A program made the translations under genes and the position numbers. The notes beneath the pieces were generated by a model. That model worked only from the letters and a program-made list of their open reading frames with translations, did no database searches and was not told the DNA's origin. A DNA stretch of 64,000 nt from the human T2T-CHM13v2.0 reference genome, Homo sapiens: NCBI RefSeq assembly GCF_009914755.1, contig NC_060926.1; one strand, written 5' to 3'. This document shows positions 14,313 to 30,349 of this stretch, piece after piece. Each line of letters opens with the position of its first letter. Position 1 is the stretch's first letter.

Positions 14313-15348
14313 TATGATTTTTAAATCATATTCACATTCTGAAGGTGAGTTCTTTCCAGATACAAGCTTTCTCTATCCAAAACTGGTATTTCATCTTCCA
14401 TATCCACAGAAAGAAAAAAGTTGTTTGGAATGAGGTCTTGTTGTGTTGCTTAGGATGGTGCTAAATGCCTTGCCTCAGCCTCCTAAGTAGCTCCACAGAA
14501 AATTTTACTAAGAGATGAATGGGATAGGAGAGAAAGGGGCACTCCGTGATCATGTTATCATGTGTAAAACCTCCTGTGACCAAGAACTCATCTACTGATT
14601 CTCATCTATATTTGACCTTGCTCATAAATCAATGGATTGTACATGTTAGAAACATAAACAAGACCATAAATATCTTAAATTAATGCACTGATGACAGTTC
14701 CATACAGCTTTTCAAAAAAACTTCCCATGAAAACATCCCTAGACCTATACAATATTATGTAAGTCTCCCAGGAACCCTGTGAGGGAGATAACACGTCATA
14801 TTATTACAGATAAGGTAACAGACTCAAAGAGGTTGTCTTTTGACAAAAGCTACAGAACTAAAAAAAAGGCAGATTCTCAGTATAAATTCTGTGTGTTCTG
14901 ACTTTAAAGTCATGTTCTATTCAATGTGTCATGGAGACCCCAAAGCAGATCTCAGCAGAGCTTGGTAATATCAGCAGCGCACAATGGACTGACTTCAGAC
15001 ATGAGAAATACAGAATGTAGCACTCTCTGTGTTTTTTAGCAGAGAAACTCTACACAGAACCAAATTACCTTATAGGAGAAAAATAAAGAATAGTGTTTAT
15101 GTATAGTTACACTATATATAAACATATATAAATATATGTTAAATATAGTTACACTATATTTTTGCAGTGTTTTACATATTGTTACATATATAAAATGTTT
15201 TACATATGTAGTGTTTTACATATTGGAACCTTTGTATTTACTATTATCTTTGATCTTCATAACAATTTTAGCTTATTAGCTCTATTTCATGCATTGAGAA
15301 ACTGACTAAGAGAGATTCTGAAACCAAAAAAAATTCTCACAGTAAGTA

Positions 15349-15930
<582 letters not shown>

Positions 15931-16181
15931 TACTGAACTGGGAGTTGAACATGAATCTTTCCCTTCAGGGTTTGCTTCACTATCCATTACAATACACTAC
16001 CTTTATAAGCTATTGATGGATTCTGCTCTTCTGCTTTCTCAGAAATTTTTGCCCTGGTTAAACAGCATCATTCCCTTCTACATTAGACTCAATCCCTTCA
16101 AACAATAATTAGGAATTGATAAACATCTCTAAAAAGGATAAAAGACCAATGATCCAGTCTTGTGCCCATTACAGTAAGCAG

Positions 16182-16685
16182 TCGAGGGCATCAGAATATG
16201 CCACCCCAAAATATGCCACTTTGGCATAAGAATTATTTTGTGTTGAGTTCCGGAAGAATTCTCTGCACTCCCTTTAACTGCCTAAAAGTAGAGCATAAAT
16301 CTCTCTTTGTGAAGGGATCCTCCTCCTTCCCTGTGTCAGGCATAGAAGAGCATTAATCACTGAGAAAGAATTTACACTAAGAGATATTGACATCAACAGG
16401 CCTTACTAAAATAACACTTATCTTCCCTCATAAGCTTCCTGGTCGATTCTCCAGGATTTCTTGACCCTTGAAGCCCAGACACCTTTTCCTTTGTTAAAAT
16501 GATATATGTCCCCAAGTCAAACCACTTTGAGTTTTCCTTATTTTCTGTGAATTCCCATGCATGTAAAACATTAATTAAACTCTTATGCTTTTTCCTCCTG
16601 CTAATCTGTCTCTTGTTAGTTTAATTCACAAGCCCCTAGTTACTTAACCTAAGAGAGTAGCAGAAAAGATCCCCCTTCCATCACA
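16182..16685 (+). mobile_element. MER34-family ERV1 solo LTR
   Basis: Starts with tcagaatatgccaccccaaaatatgccactttggcataag and ends ...ccttccatcaca. Confidence 0.75.
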
Positions 16686-19224
16686 ATAATATGTATAATT
16701 TTTTCATTTAAAAAATTTAAAAAATCTCCATATATTGTTCAGTGACCTGCCCCTGACAACTTCAAATTCAACCAATCCTAATGTGTTAATTCATGTTAGG
16801 TATTTTCTTCTCATACATTGATATGAAACTATTTCTGAAACAAGTGAAGCACTAAAACATAATTGGAAAGGCAAGCAGTATGGGAGCACTGGATAAATTG
16901 AAGTGCAAGGCAGAGAATAATGAAGGAGGATACCTATAAAGAGGCTTCCTATATTATGATTTTCTCTGTATTTGACCGTGCTCATAAATCAATTGATAGT
17001 ACGTTAGAAACATAAATTAGATCATAATGTCTGAAATTAATGCACTGACGACACTTCCATAGAGGTTTTCAAGGAAAATATTGATGTTTTTGGAGCTGTT
17101 TTTTGACATTTGAGTTGGCATCAGGTACAAAACATCTCCTGCCACCCATCTTTTGGTGCCCTACTAAGTGACAAAATTCTGATAGGGGCAGCACCCAGCT
17201 GACTCCATGTAGCAGATATGATACTTTTGCTTTTATGATGCCATCTGCAGAGAAATAAATCATCATAAAGTTGACTGAGTGTGTCCTATGTTCATCTGCT
17301 TGAACAAGTTCGATGTAATTGACTGACAATAATAAAAGGGGATTAGAGAAAAAAAGTCCTCAGTATTGTCAAGTGAGTGTCACCCAACCCCTGACTTCTG
17401 AAAGATGGTCAGGACACAGATGGGCTGAAAGAAAGAAGAAGCTATCCAAGGAGAGCAAACACAGACAGGACATAAGGAGTGTGACAGCATGGCATCTGTG
17501 TCTGTGCTGGGAGAGTCTGCATGCGGTGGAAGAAATGGGAGGAGAGGTATTTTGCATAGTTAAAAGGTTAGTCTGATTGAAATAGATAGTTCATGTTGTT
17601 AACTAATAAGGGATAATTTAAAACTGTACAGTTCACTGAAATTATTGAATGCTATAATTTGGGTTTATTTTTGTATCACATTTGACATCTCAGCACAGTA
17701 GCACAGGTAGCACACTGAGGAAGAATTAATTGAGAGCATTCTGCAGAGGTGAGGCTTTCATGCTTTTTCCTCCTCTGCATACCAGAATAGGAACTTAATG
17801 GAAAGTCTGCATCTGGACAGACCAGGGCTCTGTATATAGCAAAATCTTGAGGCCATTTTTGAAGGGATTGTATAAAGAGAAGGAGTATGTAAAAAGTAGT
17901 GGAACCCATATCTGTAATGAGACTTCAGTACATTAAATGCTTATACACAATGAACTATAACATCTCTGCAGTGAGTTTTTGTTATAACCTTGGTTCCTCC
18001 CATTGAAGCACTAGTGGAAACCATTGGCCAGAGTTTTTCTGATGATCTGATTGGGTTTGTTGCCTGTGCCTTGCCCTCTTGCTTCATGATCCATGTTGAT
18101 CCTCAGATAGTTCTTAATAATTCTCTAGTTAATTCCTTTAATAGCGTTTGATGTTTTATTTCTGCTGTTCATTCCAGCTTGAGTGGCTTGTTAGTGTGGT
18201 CTCGTCTTCTGAGCAATAGATTTTTGAAATGACAGACAGAGGATTTTAAACTTCCTTTAGAGGAACTTATGAATATAATCAATGTTAAGTGAAAAGGGCC
18301 AATAGGCCACTTACACATGTGGATTGTCTACCTGTGAATTGTCTCAATCTTAGAAACTTAGATAAGCATTGTGTTATAAGCAGATAAATGCTCAGAGCAT
18401 AATACTTAATAACTTACTTCCAAAATTTGGTGGATTTCTTTGCAAATATTTATGAGTATACAATTTCACTCCATGCCTGGACCTAATATTCAATATGAGA
18501 TCCTTGAGAGTCCATTTTCAATGCTGATCAAAGCCTTTGTGTTCTCATACCCACCATATGATGTAGCTATAAAGATGGATAGCAGCAGAAAAACTAGTGG
18601 GCTCCTGTGCAGTGAGTCAAATGGGAATGACAAACAGCATGACAAATAGAAGAAACAATCAGTCAATCAACATTCATATACCGTGCCCCTACTAGAGTCC
18701 CTGCTAGGAATCAAAGAAAGAAATGACATAGATCTTGGTTAAAAAGATCGATTTGGAGGTCCAACATTTATTCGAATATTTTCAAATATTCATTTCCATA
18801 TTCCAAAATTTCAATATTTATTAAATAATTAAAATGTTAAGGGCAAATAATGATATTAAAGGGAGTTAAATATTAATGTTATGTGGAATCATCAGGACTA
18901 AAATGTTTTAAAAAATCTTCTTTGTTTTCAGTAAGACTTTGTAGCAGGATTTAAGACTGGAAGTTTCAGAAATAAATATGAAAGCTATTGTAAGAATTGG
19001 GGAACCAATGTAACAAAAAACGTTGAAAAAAGACTGAATGTGGTGTATTATGGAAATATGGAAATAGTGAGATTTCACTTAAGAGAAACCTTCATCAAAA
19101 CACAGCCTAAAGTAACAGAAGACCATCTGTTCAGCAATAGTAAATGTAGAGATTCACTTAGCATAAGCAAAGAGGCAACAATTCAAGAGACAAAAAACAA
19201 TAGGTGTATAAAATTGAAAGAGCT

Positions 19225-19527
19225 GGCTAGGTATGGTGGCTCATGCCTGCAATCCCAGCACTTTGGGAGGCTGAGGTGAAAATATTGCTTGAGCCCAGGA
19301 ATTTGGGACCAGCCTGGGCAACATAGGGAGACTCTGTCTCTACAAAAAAAAACACATAAAAATAAACCAGACATGGTGGCACATGCCTGTGGTCCCAGCT
19401 ACTCAGTGGGAGGCTGAGGTGAGAGGATTGCTCAAGTCCTGGAGGCTGAAGCTGAGTGAGCCTTGATGGAACCAGTGCATTCCAGGCTTGACAACATAGT
19501 GTCTCCAAAAAATACATAAATAAAATT
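19225..19527 (+). mobile_element. AluJ-like
   Basis: Dimer with target-site duplication (TSD) aaagagct. Confidence 0.9.
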
Positions 19528-22500
19528 AAAAGAGCTTTAAAATCCTGTTTCTTACTGGTAGTCCATTGACATTTTGCACACAATAGGTGTTCAAATGATA
19601 CTACAGAATTATTGGCTGGGCAGAATAAAATATGTCACTTTAAAAGTCAAATTGAGACTTTTTTCCTCCAAATATGTTTTGACTTTGGAGATTTAGAAGG
19701 ATCAATTTCTATCAGTGGTAGAGGGCTATACTCTGAATATCGAGTTTAAGATCCATCATTTGCTTGAGCTACATTATAATAGTTTAATTTTTAAAACAAC
19801 ACTGCTGAAATAGTTTTTGGAGCTAGATAATAGATTGTAATACAGACTAGAAGGAATTGCAGTACATTTCTTCAGGGCAGAAAGCAGGTGCAGTTATATC
19901 TCTGCATGTGCATCCGATGCTTATGTATTTTAAATGTAAATTGTTTCTTTTAAGAGAAAATATTATATTGAACATTGATGCAAAGGCATTATGTGTTTGT
20001 GTTTTATTTTCCTGAGATATAAAACTCATTCTTCACCTATAATGAGACTTCGATGAAATATTCCAAAGTGTTTGTAACAAATCTGGCATTTAAGGAAGCA
20101 GATTTATATAAGCTATAGCTGGGATTTTTTTCTTTATCTATTTCCAGTTTCTTTATAATATTTTATGCAGGCTTTTGATTTTATCTATAGGTGCATTTAA
20201 GTATGTTTTGAATAGTGGGGGAAAATTAAAACTTGAAATTTAACAAAGAACTTAAAGTGAGTTACCATAACAAAGCATTCTTAAATAATGAATTTTAGAA
20301 GTCGGATAAAATTCTTCCTAAAAGGATTCATTATATAAAGCAAATAGCTGAACAATGTCAGGTTGTAACATAGTAATCAAGAGAAAGAGCTTCCAGGCGA
20401 GGTGCAGCTATCACTTTAAGCCCCGGGGCAACCAGGCTGCTTCTCACATGGTTGCCGGGGAAGCAGAGGCTTCAGCTTCTGTGGTCAAGAAGCTGGGTAT
20501 GTCATGGACCAGTATTTCAGATATGCTTGCATTCAAGAATGATTTTTCCAGCTCTCCCCCAAGAAAAATTGTTCATCTTGATGGAACGGGGACAGAAGTC
20601 TTGCCGAAGGACAAAGAGTGAAACAAATTTAACTTTGAGCTGTTGAAGAGCCAGTTGTGAGATTCAAACATAAAGGATGACCAGATCTTGAACTGGCTGT
20701 GAAAATTTTGCTCTTCTATCATGTACTTGGCAAAAGACTTTGAGCAGCTCCTCAGTATTACATTGAGATTGCCTTGGTTGAATAGAATTCAAACAGTGGT
20801 GGAAGAGTATTTGGCTTCTCTGGGTAGTCTTGTAACAACAGACTCTTCCTTAGCCCAAGTCTCAGCATAATTGCTTCCCATTTGGCGTACCCTCCTTGAA
20901 TGATCATTAAGAAGAGCCATGTAAATGTTTCAGATTCTGATGATGGAGATGATTATCTTCCTGCAGATTTTGACACACGTCATACAACCTTACAAATAAC
21001 AGCAAGATATGTCCCACTGGCACTGTGGTTTCTTTTGCCCATACTGGTGGAAACATTTCCATTTGTTCAATCAGAGAGAACACTGGAATGTTACATTCAT
21101 AACTTACTAAAGATTAGTATATACTTTCCAACCTTGAGGAATGAAATTCTGAAGCTTATTATTAAAAATCTATTCAAGTTGGATGTGAATACATTCTGGC
21201 ATGATATTGAAGATGCTGAGGAAACAGCAGCTCAAACTTGTGGTGGGACAGATTCCATGGAATGATTGTTCAATATGAACGAAGATGAAGAGACTGTTTC
21301 TAAGGCTGACTCCAAATGGCTCGGTCAGATGGTGCACCCTGTAGCTGAATGCCTGGACACCCTGCTGTCTTTGCTTTTGCAGTACTTGAAGTATGTCTGC
21401 TATGTAAAATACATGGTAAGGTTGATAACAACAAAATAAAGGATTTATAATATATCACAAACTGATAAACATATTTGACAAACCCCTGCCTCCTGTCATG
21501 TACAGTTTTTTATGTTTTACCTCTGTGGCTTAAAATTGCGACTCTCAGAAGCATTTTTGGAACGTCTCTGGGAAAAAAAAATGCAGGATCCAAATAATCC
21601 TGTCATCATCAGGTGAGCTGCTGGAAATTATATTGGAAGCTCTTTGGCAAAAGCTAAATTCATTCCTCTCATTACAACTATAAAATCATGCCTAGGTCTT
21701 TCGGTTAACTGGCCACACAAATACCTTACTAACCAGGATCTGAGAATGAAGGCTTTTTGTGATATTGCTCTCCATCAAACATTTTACTCAGCCTTCCAAG
21801 CTGTGTTCCACACCTTTGTTTTTAGACACAAGCAACTTTTAAGCGTAAACCTGAAAGAAGGTTTGAGATGTCTTCAGTGCCTACATTTTTAAGGGATAGT
21901 GACTAGGCAGCTAAATCCTCTGAATATTTGCCTGCCCTCAGTGGTTAACTTATTTGCTGCTGTCACGAATAAATATCAGCTAGTCTGCTACACTATCATT
22001 GAGAGGAACAACGGCCAGAAATACAGCTGGAGGAGACTCGGTGTGAACGTGCACCAACCCATTGGACGCCTTCTTCCCCTTTGATCCTTGTGCGCTTAAG
22101 CAGTCAAGGAAAGTCATTGATTCTATTTATCAGATATGGGAAGACATAAGTGTCGAAGAGCTTCAGGAGTTTAAGAAACCTATGAAAAAGGAGATGGAAA
22201 AAGATGGAGATGATCTTTTGAAAGGTGAAGTTCCCCCAAATGATACCATGATCGGGATTATACCGAGCCACTTTGATGCGATGCACATTTCCAAAGTCCT
22301 TCAAGTAGTGTGGGCTCCCCACCTGTGTTACACCTGCCAGACCAGTTCCTTCTCATCTCGAGGATTTGTGATTGAGATGCAGCATTCTTCCCCATCACTC
22401 ATCATGTTCTTTAGCAACTGTTTATGCTGTTTGGGCACTGCATTGAACTAGAATGAGCACCTGACTCAGGCATCATACTTTCAAGTTAGACTTGAGCATC

Positions 22501-22642
22501 TGAACAGACTTTTTTTTTTTTTTGCTTTTTTGTTCCCCTTAGAGACAAAATTAGAAGACTGAATATCATGTGTAATATTTTATGGTGGGGTTGATGATAA
22601 ATGATAAATACTTTGCTCGTTTGTTTAAGAAGTACTTTTCTT

Positions 22643-22980
<338 letters not shown>

Positions 22981-23623
22981 TTACAGCTTTTTGAGATAAT
23001 TATTGTGTAATTTCTAATATAGACAGCAGCCTATTTTGACAGACTGCCTTTTTAACACAGGATTTTTTTTCAGAGCCACATTCACAGAACTTTGCTGATC
23101 TACTTTCAATGAAGAATCCTATAAGATAAATCCTCTATTTAAAGACTTTAACTAGAATGTTTTATTTTTGCTGCATTGTTTACCTCCTGCTCTAGTTGTG
23201 TGTTGGAATTTCAGTAGGGTGCAGAGGAAATGGAAACTGGGGAGACATCCAAACCTGGTCTGGGACAAAGAGAGTTGGAGCTGGCACTGAAGGAGATCTC
23301 TAGGGACCCCAGAAACCAATAACAGCCAGTAGGGAAGAGATAGAGAGATTAGAGAAACAGAATCAGACAAATAATATACTTTCATGGTGTAAAAATGAAT
23401 TTGAAAAAAAAAGTGGAGATCCAGGTAAATGTAATTCACGTTGACTGAAAGTAGGCTTGGGCTTGCATTAAAAAAATTACATCATATTTTACTCTTCAGC
23501 TTTCAAGTGTCCCGTTAGAACTAGAATTGCTCTTTGGTAGCAGTTAGATAGAGTTATTTTTGACCTGCATCATTTGGTTATTTTGAGAATTTCTTTTTTC
23601 AAACAGGAAAAAAAAAAAATTAG

Positions 23624-23924
23624 GGCCGGGCATGGTGTGGCTCACGCCTGTAATCCCAACACTTTGGGAGGCTGAGGCAGGTGGATTGCCTGAGCTCAGA
23701 AATTTGAGACCAGCCTGGCCAAAATAGCAAAACATTGTCTCTACAAAAAGCACAAAAATTAGCTGGGCGTGTTGGTGCATGCCTGTAGTCCCAGCTACTC
23801 TGGAGGCTGAGGAGGAGGATGGATTGAGCCCAGGAGGTAGAAGCTGCAATGAGCTGTGTTTGCACCACTGCACTCCAGCCTGAGTGACAGAGTAAGACCC
23901 CATCTCTTAAAAAAAAAAAAAAAA
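23624..23924 (+). mobile_element. AluJ-like
   Basis: Full dimer plus poly-A. Confidence 0.9.
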
Positions 23925-26449
23925 ATGGAGGTTATTCGGTGGAATGGTTTTGCTAGCAATAATAGGCCAATAATAGGCCAAACTTACTACGGCAGTCTTT
24001 ATCCAATAGCTATGCCTATCATGGATTCAGCTTGGTGAAATCCTTCTCTACAAGCCTCTTTTTCTATTTTCACAACTAAACACTGGGAGAGAGGGGAAGT
24101 CTAAGATGAAACCTTGCTTTATAACAAATTTGCCCAAGCACTGCCCGAGTCATTGTGAAGTTCAAGTATATTTTTGCTTTGTTTTTTAAATGTGTACTTT
24201 TTTGTTTACTTGTGAAAATAACCATCTTCAAGCATATTTATTTTTCTGCCCCTTCTATTTATTTAAAGACAGGCAATATTTTCTTGACCACAAATATTTT
24301 GTAATGAATCACACCCTCTATCCTAAGGCTTTGTATGCTATTGCATAATTACACTGGTGGCAATATAGAGTTTGAATTTCAGTCTATAAATACGTTTTTT
24401 GGAAAACAGAAATTGTCATTGCTTAAAAAAATTTGGATATTGGTGATTTGATTTTGGTGACTTGGTGGAAAGTCATTTGAGAACCTCATGGTTCTTTTTT
24501 AATTGCCGACAAAAAGTGGCTTTTTGTAAGTTGGATAAAATGAGTAAATGAAATTGTATCTAGAGAAGTTAAGAGTAAGTGTAATCTTTGTGGGTTGGAA
24601 AGCAGTTTTAACACAGAAGGACCTATTTACAAATAAGTCTGTTTAGCTTTGAAAGAGTTTGAGAAAAAAAAATCCATTGTGAAAATAAAGCAATGGTATG
24701 ATTAATCCAGAACCTTCATTCTTATGCCAATAAAAGGAGGTATCCCAATTTTAAAAAGATTTCTCACTTAAAAAAAAAGAGAGAGACAGAGACAGAGAGA
24801 GAGAAGGGAGAGAGAAAAGGACTGTAATCAAGACTCTATACCCAGCCCTGAATCATTCATCTGTCAGAGCAAATAAAGCTATCTAATGATACGCAAATAA
24901 TCAAAACCATATTATTCTACACCGGTTAGAGGAGAAATGGATCGAATTAAAACCAAACAATAACTAGAACAGATTGCTCAAGTATCACTATGGAGGAGAG
25001 AGATCCCCCAACCAAGAAAAGGGTATTTTGTGAGCTCCATTCTGGGGGAAAAAGATTGGGGATGCTGGAAATCAAATAATAAATACAGTAAGTATGTTAT
25101 TTGGTCAGCCTACATGCTTTATTGAAGTGCAACTAAAGTCCTAGTCTTTACTAGTTCTCTATCCAATTGTGCTCAGCCTAAAGTTGAATCTATGTACGTT
25201 TTAGTGTCTGCATTTTTATTATCAAGATTTTAATTGATGTTTCTTTTATACTCATATTTTATTGTTTCAATCTTCCTGTTTTTTACTTCCTAAATAATCT
25301 AAAACACACTTATTCCTCTGACCATAATTTGATGTGGAAGAAATTTGTCATCTGAGTGCTTAATCATTGTGTATGTCTTTCTGAGTGTTATGCTACTTAA
25401 TATAATTTGAAATTTTACTTTGTAGACTTAAGAAATAATTTCATGTGATTATTAATATTCTCTCTCTCCTCCCACTCTAATTGCCTTACTCAAATCATGC
25501 CCACCCACTCAATTCTGTTTTTCAAAAGTAACAGTCATAGTTCCAGTAGCCCAACTTGTAAGAGGCACTTCTGCCTCCTACGGGAGCCAAACTTGTATCT
25601 TTTTTTCTTTTTACCCAGATCCAGAGCACTTTAGGCCCATAACTTCAGCCCTACTTAGGGTTTTGTTGTTGTTTTTCTACTTCTTATCCACAGAAGTATG
25701 TCTTCTTTGAATCCCAGCTATGATTATTTTGCTTTTCTTTTATTATGTTGTCTATTATTGCAGTTTTGAGGACTATGTTGTGTGGAAGTCTTCCCACTTC
25801 CTCTCTTTTTCCCTCAATCTCTCTCTCTCCCTCTCGCAAACACATACACACATATATCTTATTTTCTTTCCTTTGATCCATTCCTAATCGAATTCCCTCT
25901 TAGAATAAGCATTGATTATTTCTTTCATAATCTGCATTCTTCCCAAACCACTGTCCATGCCATTATTTATACCCATGGGGATTTTTGAATAATATATAGT
26001 ATATACTTGTATGTTTTATGATCAAAATTGCATTATATACTACGTATCATGAAAATGTCATGATTGTGGTTTTTACTGAATATTTTACTTTTGATATCTC
26101 TGTCGATATAGATAGATATTATTCTTTCTACTGTTCTATAGTATTCCATCATATGCATATCACATATTGTGTCTCTTCATTTTCTTATGTTTAACATTTC
26201 TAATCTTTGTTATGGAAAACATGCTTATATGGACAATAGCCCACATTTCTCTTTGTAAGTGAAGAAGTGTTTCTGCGGGATCCAGTACAGATAGGGCTGA
26301 TTTCCAGCTGGACAGGAAGAGCTCTATCTGTATCTCTGGAGGTGCCTAGAAGACTGGTTTTTGAACCTTTGCCAAGGAAGGGGCAATGGAATTCATGATA
26401 TTCTGTTCAGGGTTTGAAACTTTCCTAGATACCCAAAGTTATCTTCCTT

Positions 26450-26962
<513 letters not shown>

Positions 26963-27464
26963 TAGGTTGGTGCAAAAAGCCTTAAAAGCCTCAAGGAGGT
27001 CTGGTGAGACACTTTAAATAACTGATGTGGGAAAAAAACAATACAGATATATACCCAGGAGTAAAATTGCTGGGACATTGGGTATGTTCCTATTTAGTGT
27101 CAATAAACTGAATAAAGCTATTTATAATGGCTGTACTGGAACAGAGTGCAAAGTGGACTTCCTACTTTTCCACATTCTTTCCAGCTGTAAATATTATCTA
27201 AATTTTTAATTGTTAACAACATGATTCATATATTAAAATATTTCAGCATGCCTTTAACATGCACTTCTCTGATTTCTAAAGTGCCCATCTCTTTAAAAAT
27301 GCATTAGCCATTCAGGTTTTCCCTTTGGGAATTGCTTATTTTAATTCCTTGGTCATTTTTCTATTGTGTCTTCTTTCTTCCCGAGGAGCTTCTTAAATAT
27401 TCTAGATATAAATTTTTTCCTAATCTGTCACTTTCCTATTAACTGGGCCTATTATATCTCTACT

Positions 27465-27590
27465 TCAGTTTTCTGATTTGTAAAGTAGAAATAATCATAC
27501 CTATAACTCTTTCTTTTTTTTGCCTCTAAGGATTAAATGAGATAATGAATGTGAAACACTAATACAACATCTGACACATAGTGAGGGTTC
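27465..27590 (+). mobile_element. MIR fragment
   Basis: cagttttctgatttgtaaa...ggattaaatgagataat...acacatagt. Confidence 0.65.
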
Positions 27591-27616
27591 AATACCACCA
27601 GGGATTTATTAAGCCT

Positions 27617-28430
27617 CTTTCTTTTTTATATATACTTTAAGGTTAAGGGTACATGTGCACAATGTGCAGGTTAGTTACATATGTATACATGTGCCATGTT
27701 GGTGTGCTGCACCCATTAACTCGTCATTTAACATTAGGTATATCTCCAAATGCTATCCCTCCCCCCTCCCCCCACCCCACAACAGGCCCCAGTGTGTGAT
27801 GTTCCCCTTCCTGTGTCCATGTGTTCTCATTGTTCAATTCCCACCTATAAGTGAGAACATGCGGTGTTTGGTTTTTTGTCCTTGCAATAGTTTGCTGAGA
27901 ATGAGGGTTTCCGGCTTCATCTATGGCCCTACAAAGGACATGAACTCATCATTTTTTATGACTGCATAGTATTCCATGGTGTATATGTGTCACATTTTCT
28001 TAATCCAGTCTATCATTGTTGGACATTTGGCTTGGTTCCAAGTCTTTGCTATTGTGAATAGTGCCGCAATAAACATACATCTCCATGTGTCTTTATAGCA
28101 GCATGATTTATAATTCTTTGGGCATATACCCAGTAATGGGATGGCTGGGTCAAATGGTATTTCTAGTTCTAGATCCCTGAGGAATTGCCATACTGACTTC
28201 CACAATGGTTGAACTACTTTACAGTCCCACTAACAGTGTAAAAGTCTTCCTATTTCTCCACATCCTCTCCAGCACCTGTTGTTTCCTGACTTTTTAATGA
28301 TTGCCATTCTAACTGGTGTGAGATGGTATCTCATTGTGGTTTTGATTTGCATTTCTCTGATGGCCAGTGATGATGAGCATTTTTTCATGTGTCTTTTGGC
28401 TGCATAAATGTCTTCTTTTGAGAAGTGTCT
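27617..28430 (-). mobile_element. L1PA 3' fragment (5'-truncated)
   Basis: L1PA 3'UTR plus ORF2 C-terminus (..WQFLRDLELEIPFDPAIPLLGI..KTWNQAKCPTMIDWIKKM). Confidence 0.95.
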
Positions 28431-30349
28431 CTTTTCAAATTGAATTGATATTTTGTTGTACCTAGATATATGTATAAATTTAGGAAATTTAAGTTTAATC
28501 TAGATTTAAACTAAGTGGTTTTCCAGTAGCATATAAAATCTTAGGCTAGACACCTTAAGCTTAGCATGTAGACTACAGTGATAGACAAAGATGTGCTGGG
28601 AAATCAGGAGCCTTACTCTGTTCTTGAACCCACATTAGCCGGGCACTCCTGCCTGTGTGGGAAAGAGACCCTGTCCTTAAATCTGACCTCCCTTTCTGCA
28701 TCAGGTACCTGACCTGCCGATGACAAAGGGATTCACAAAAGTACCCATTAAATCTATATGTTTATATTTTCAAAACTGTGACACTTTCGTCATCATTACT
28801 CTACTCTAGCCCTTCCTGCAGGGTTTATTACCCAGGTTGTCAAAATATTTTGAAAAAGACATCGTGAAACACAACGTCTATGTTGTATCTGATTTCCTTT
28901 CCTGAAGAAAAACAAGCCTAGAAGGGAAAGGAAAAAAAATGTACTGCTAATATCATGATAGGGAGTAAAATAATTCATAAATTGATGAGTCAAGATGTGT
29001 TTTCTAAAATTTGCATTATAGATATTAGCAAACAGAGATAGATATGAAAGACAGTGGAGCAATTGGAATGTTTTTAAATGTGCATGGCATATTTTTTAGT
29101 AGAAAGTTTTCCTTTCAGTTGCTAAACAAATTCTCTAAACATTAAAAATATTTCAGAAGTTATCAGGAAATAATCATTAAAGTAAATTGCTAGTTGGTAA
29201 ATTCCCACTCCAATGTCCATTCTTGGCTCTATTAATTCATACTCTAATCTTAGTTGGAGTCTTTACTAGCAAGGTGTCCTGGGGAGCATTTTATATTCAC
29301 TTACTAAATCAGATTAGTCTAAGATGCACCTTTTCCCAGAACTGTGTACACTCAGCCGAGGTTGGTAGACAACATTTCATTCCTTAAAGATCATGCCAGG
29401 AGTATTCTGCCGAGGAAATGAAAGACCACATCTAGAAACAGAGGAAAAGAGTGACGTGCGAGCTTTATTCGCAATGTCTGCAGTAAGTAAACGAGAGGGA
29501 GTAGGTTCATGTGTGTATACTCTGCTCTGGAACCCTCTCTGACTTCCCCAGGCAGAACAATTATTACATCTTGCCATTCCATGAGGATGTAATTTCAGAA
29601 TATTTTGAAGGGCTCAATTCTAATCATGTTCTCTGGAGATCTAATAGAGTAAATATAAATATAAAATAATTACTTTTCTTGAAAGATTTCAGATCAGCTA
29701 TGGACTTTTATTGCATTAATCAATAAATTCAATTAATTTATCAAGTAGATTACTAGATATTACAGATTTAGAAATTATACATATGCTAGGGTTTTCCAAA
29801 CTGAGCTAACCCTCTTAATTCAATGGGCACTGTAAGTGTACTCATAATTGTTTTGTAAACCATATGTCAATAGACTCTATTCTCACAAACATAAAGGAAA
29901 GTGTCTCTTTTATTGCTTTGTACTGTAATTGTACTGTAGTCAAGACAGAGAGCACAAGAAGAAAGAGTAATAGACACAATAGGGATATCTCATACAACAT
30001 GAGTTGGACTCATTAAATAAACAAAGACTTTGGGTCAACAGTTAAGCTAAGAGACAGAGTTGCAAAGAATAAGCTTTTCCTATGATCTCTAGCTGAAAAT
30101 GTAAACACAGTCTTTTTTGTGGACATGCAGTGGAAAGGATTAGTTCTAACTCTCTGCCGGTATGTGTGTGTATATGTTTCTCCTGCCGTCCCTGGGATTG
30201 CTCATGATAGAAGCAACTTCATTTTTGAGAGAGTAGGCTGTGGGGTGTGACAATGAGGAAAGAAGTACTGGTAAAGAATTTCCTCTTTGTAATGCTTCTA
30301 CAGCTAGAGTTTAATAATACCAGGGGGCATTCTTATTAATGTGATGGCT

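Noticed and set aside
14311-14332. 10-bp AT-rich hairpin at an L1 end
   Set aside because: Expected by chance in AT-rich sequence.
15100-15225. Short repeated units (tatagttacactata, gttttacatat) superficially like a repeat-spacer array
   Set aside because: AT-rich low-complexity slippage with irregular spacing in eukaryotic DNA; not CRISPR.
20900-21265. 121-aa RRN3-like ORF as a functional gene
   Set aside because: Fragment of a retrocopy with many stops and frameshifts and a lost start codon.
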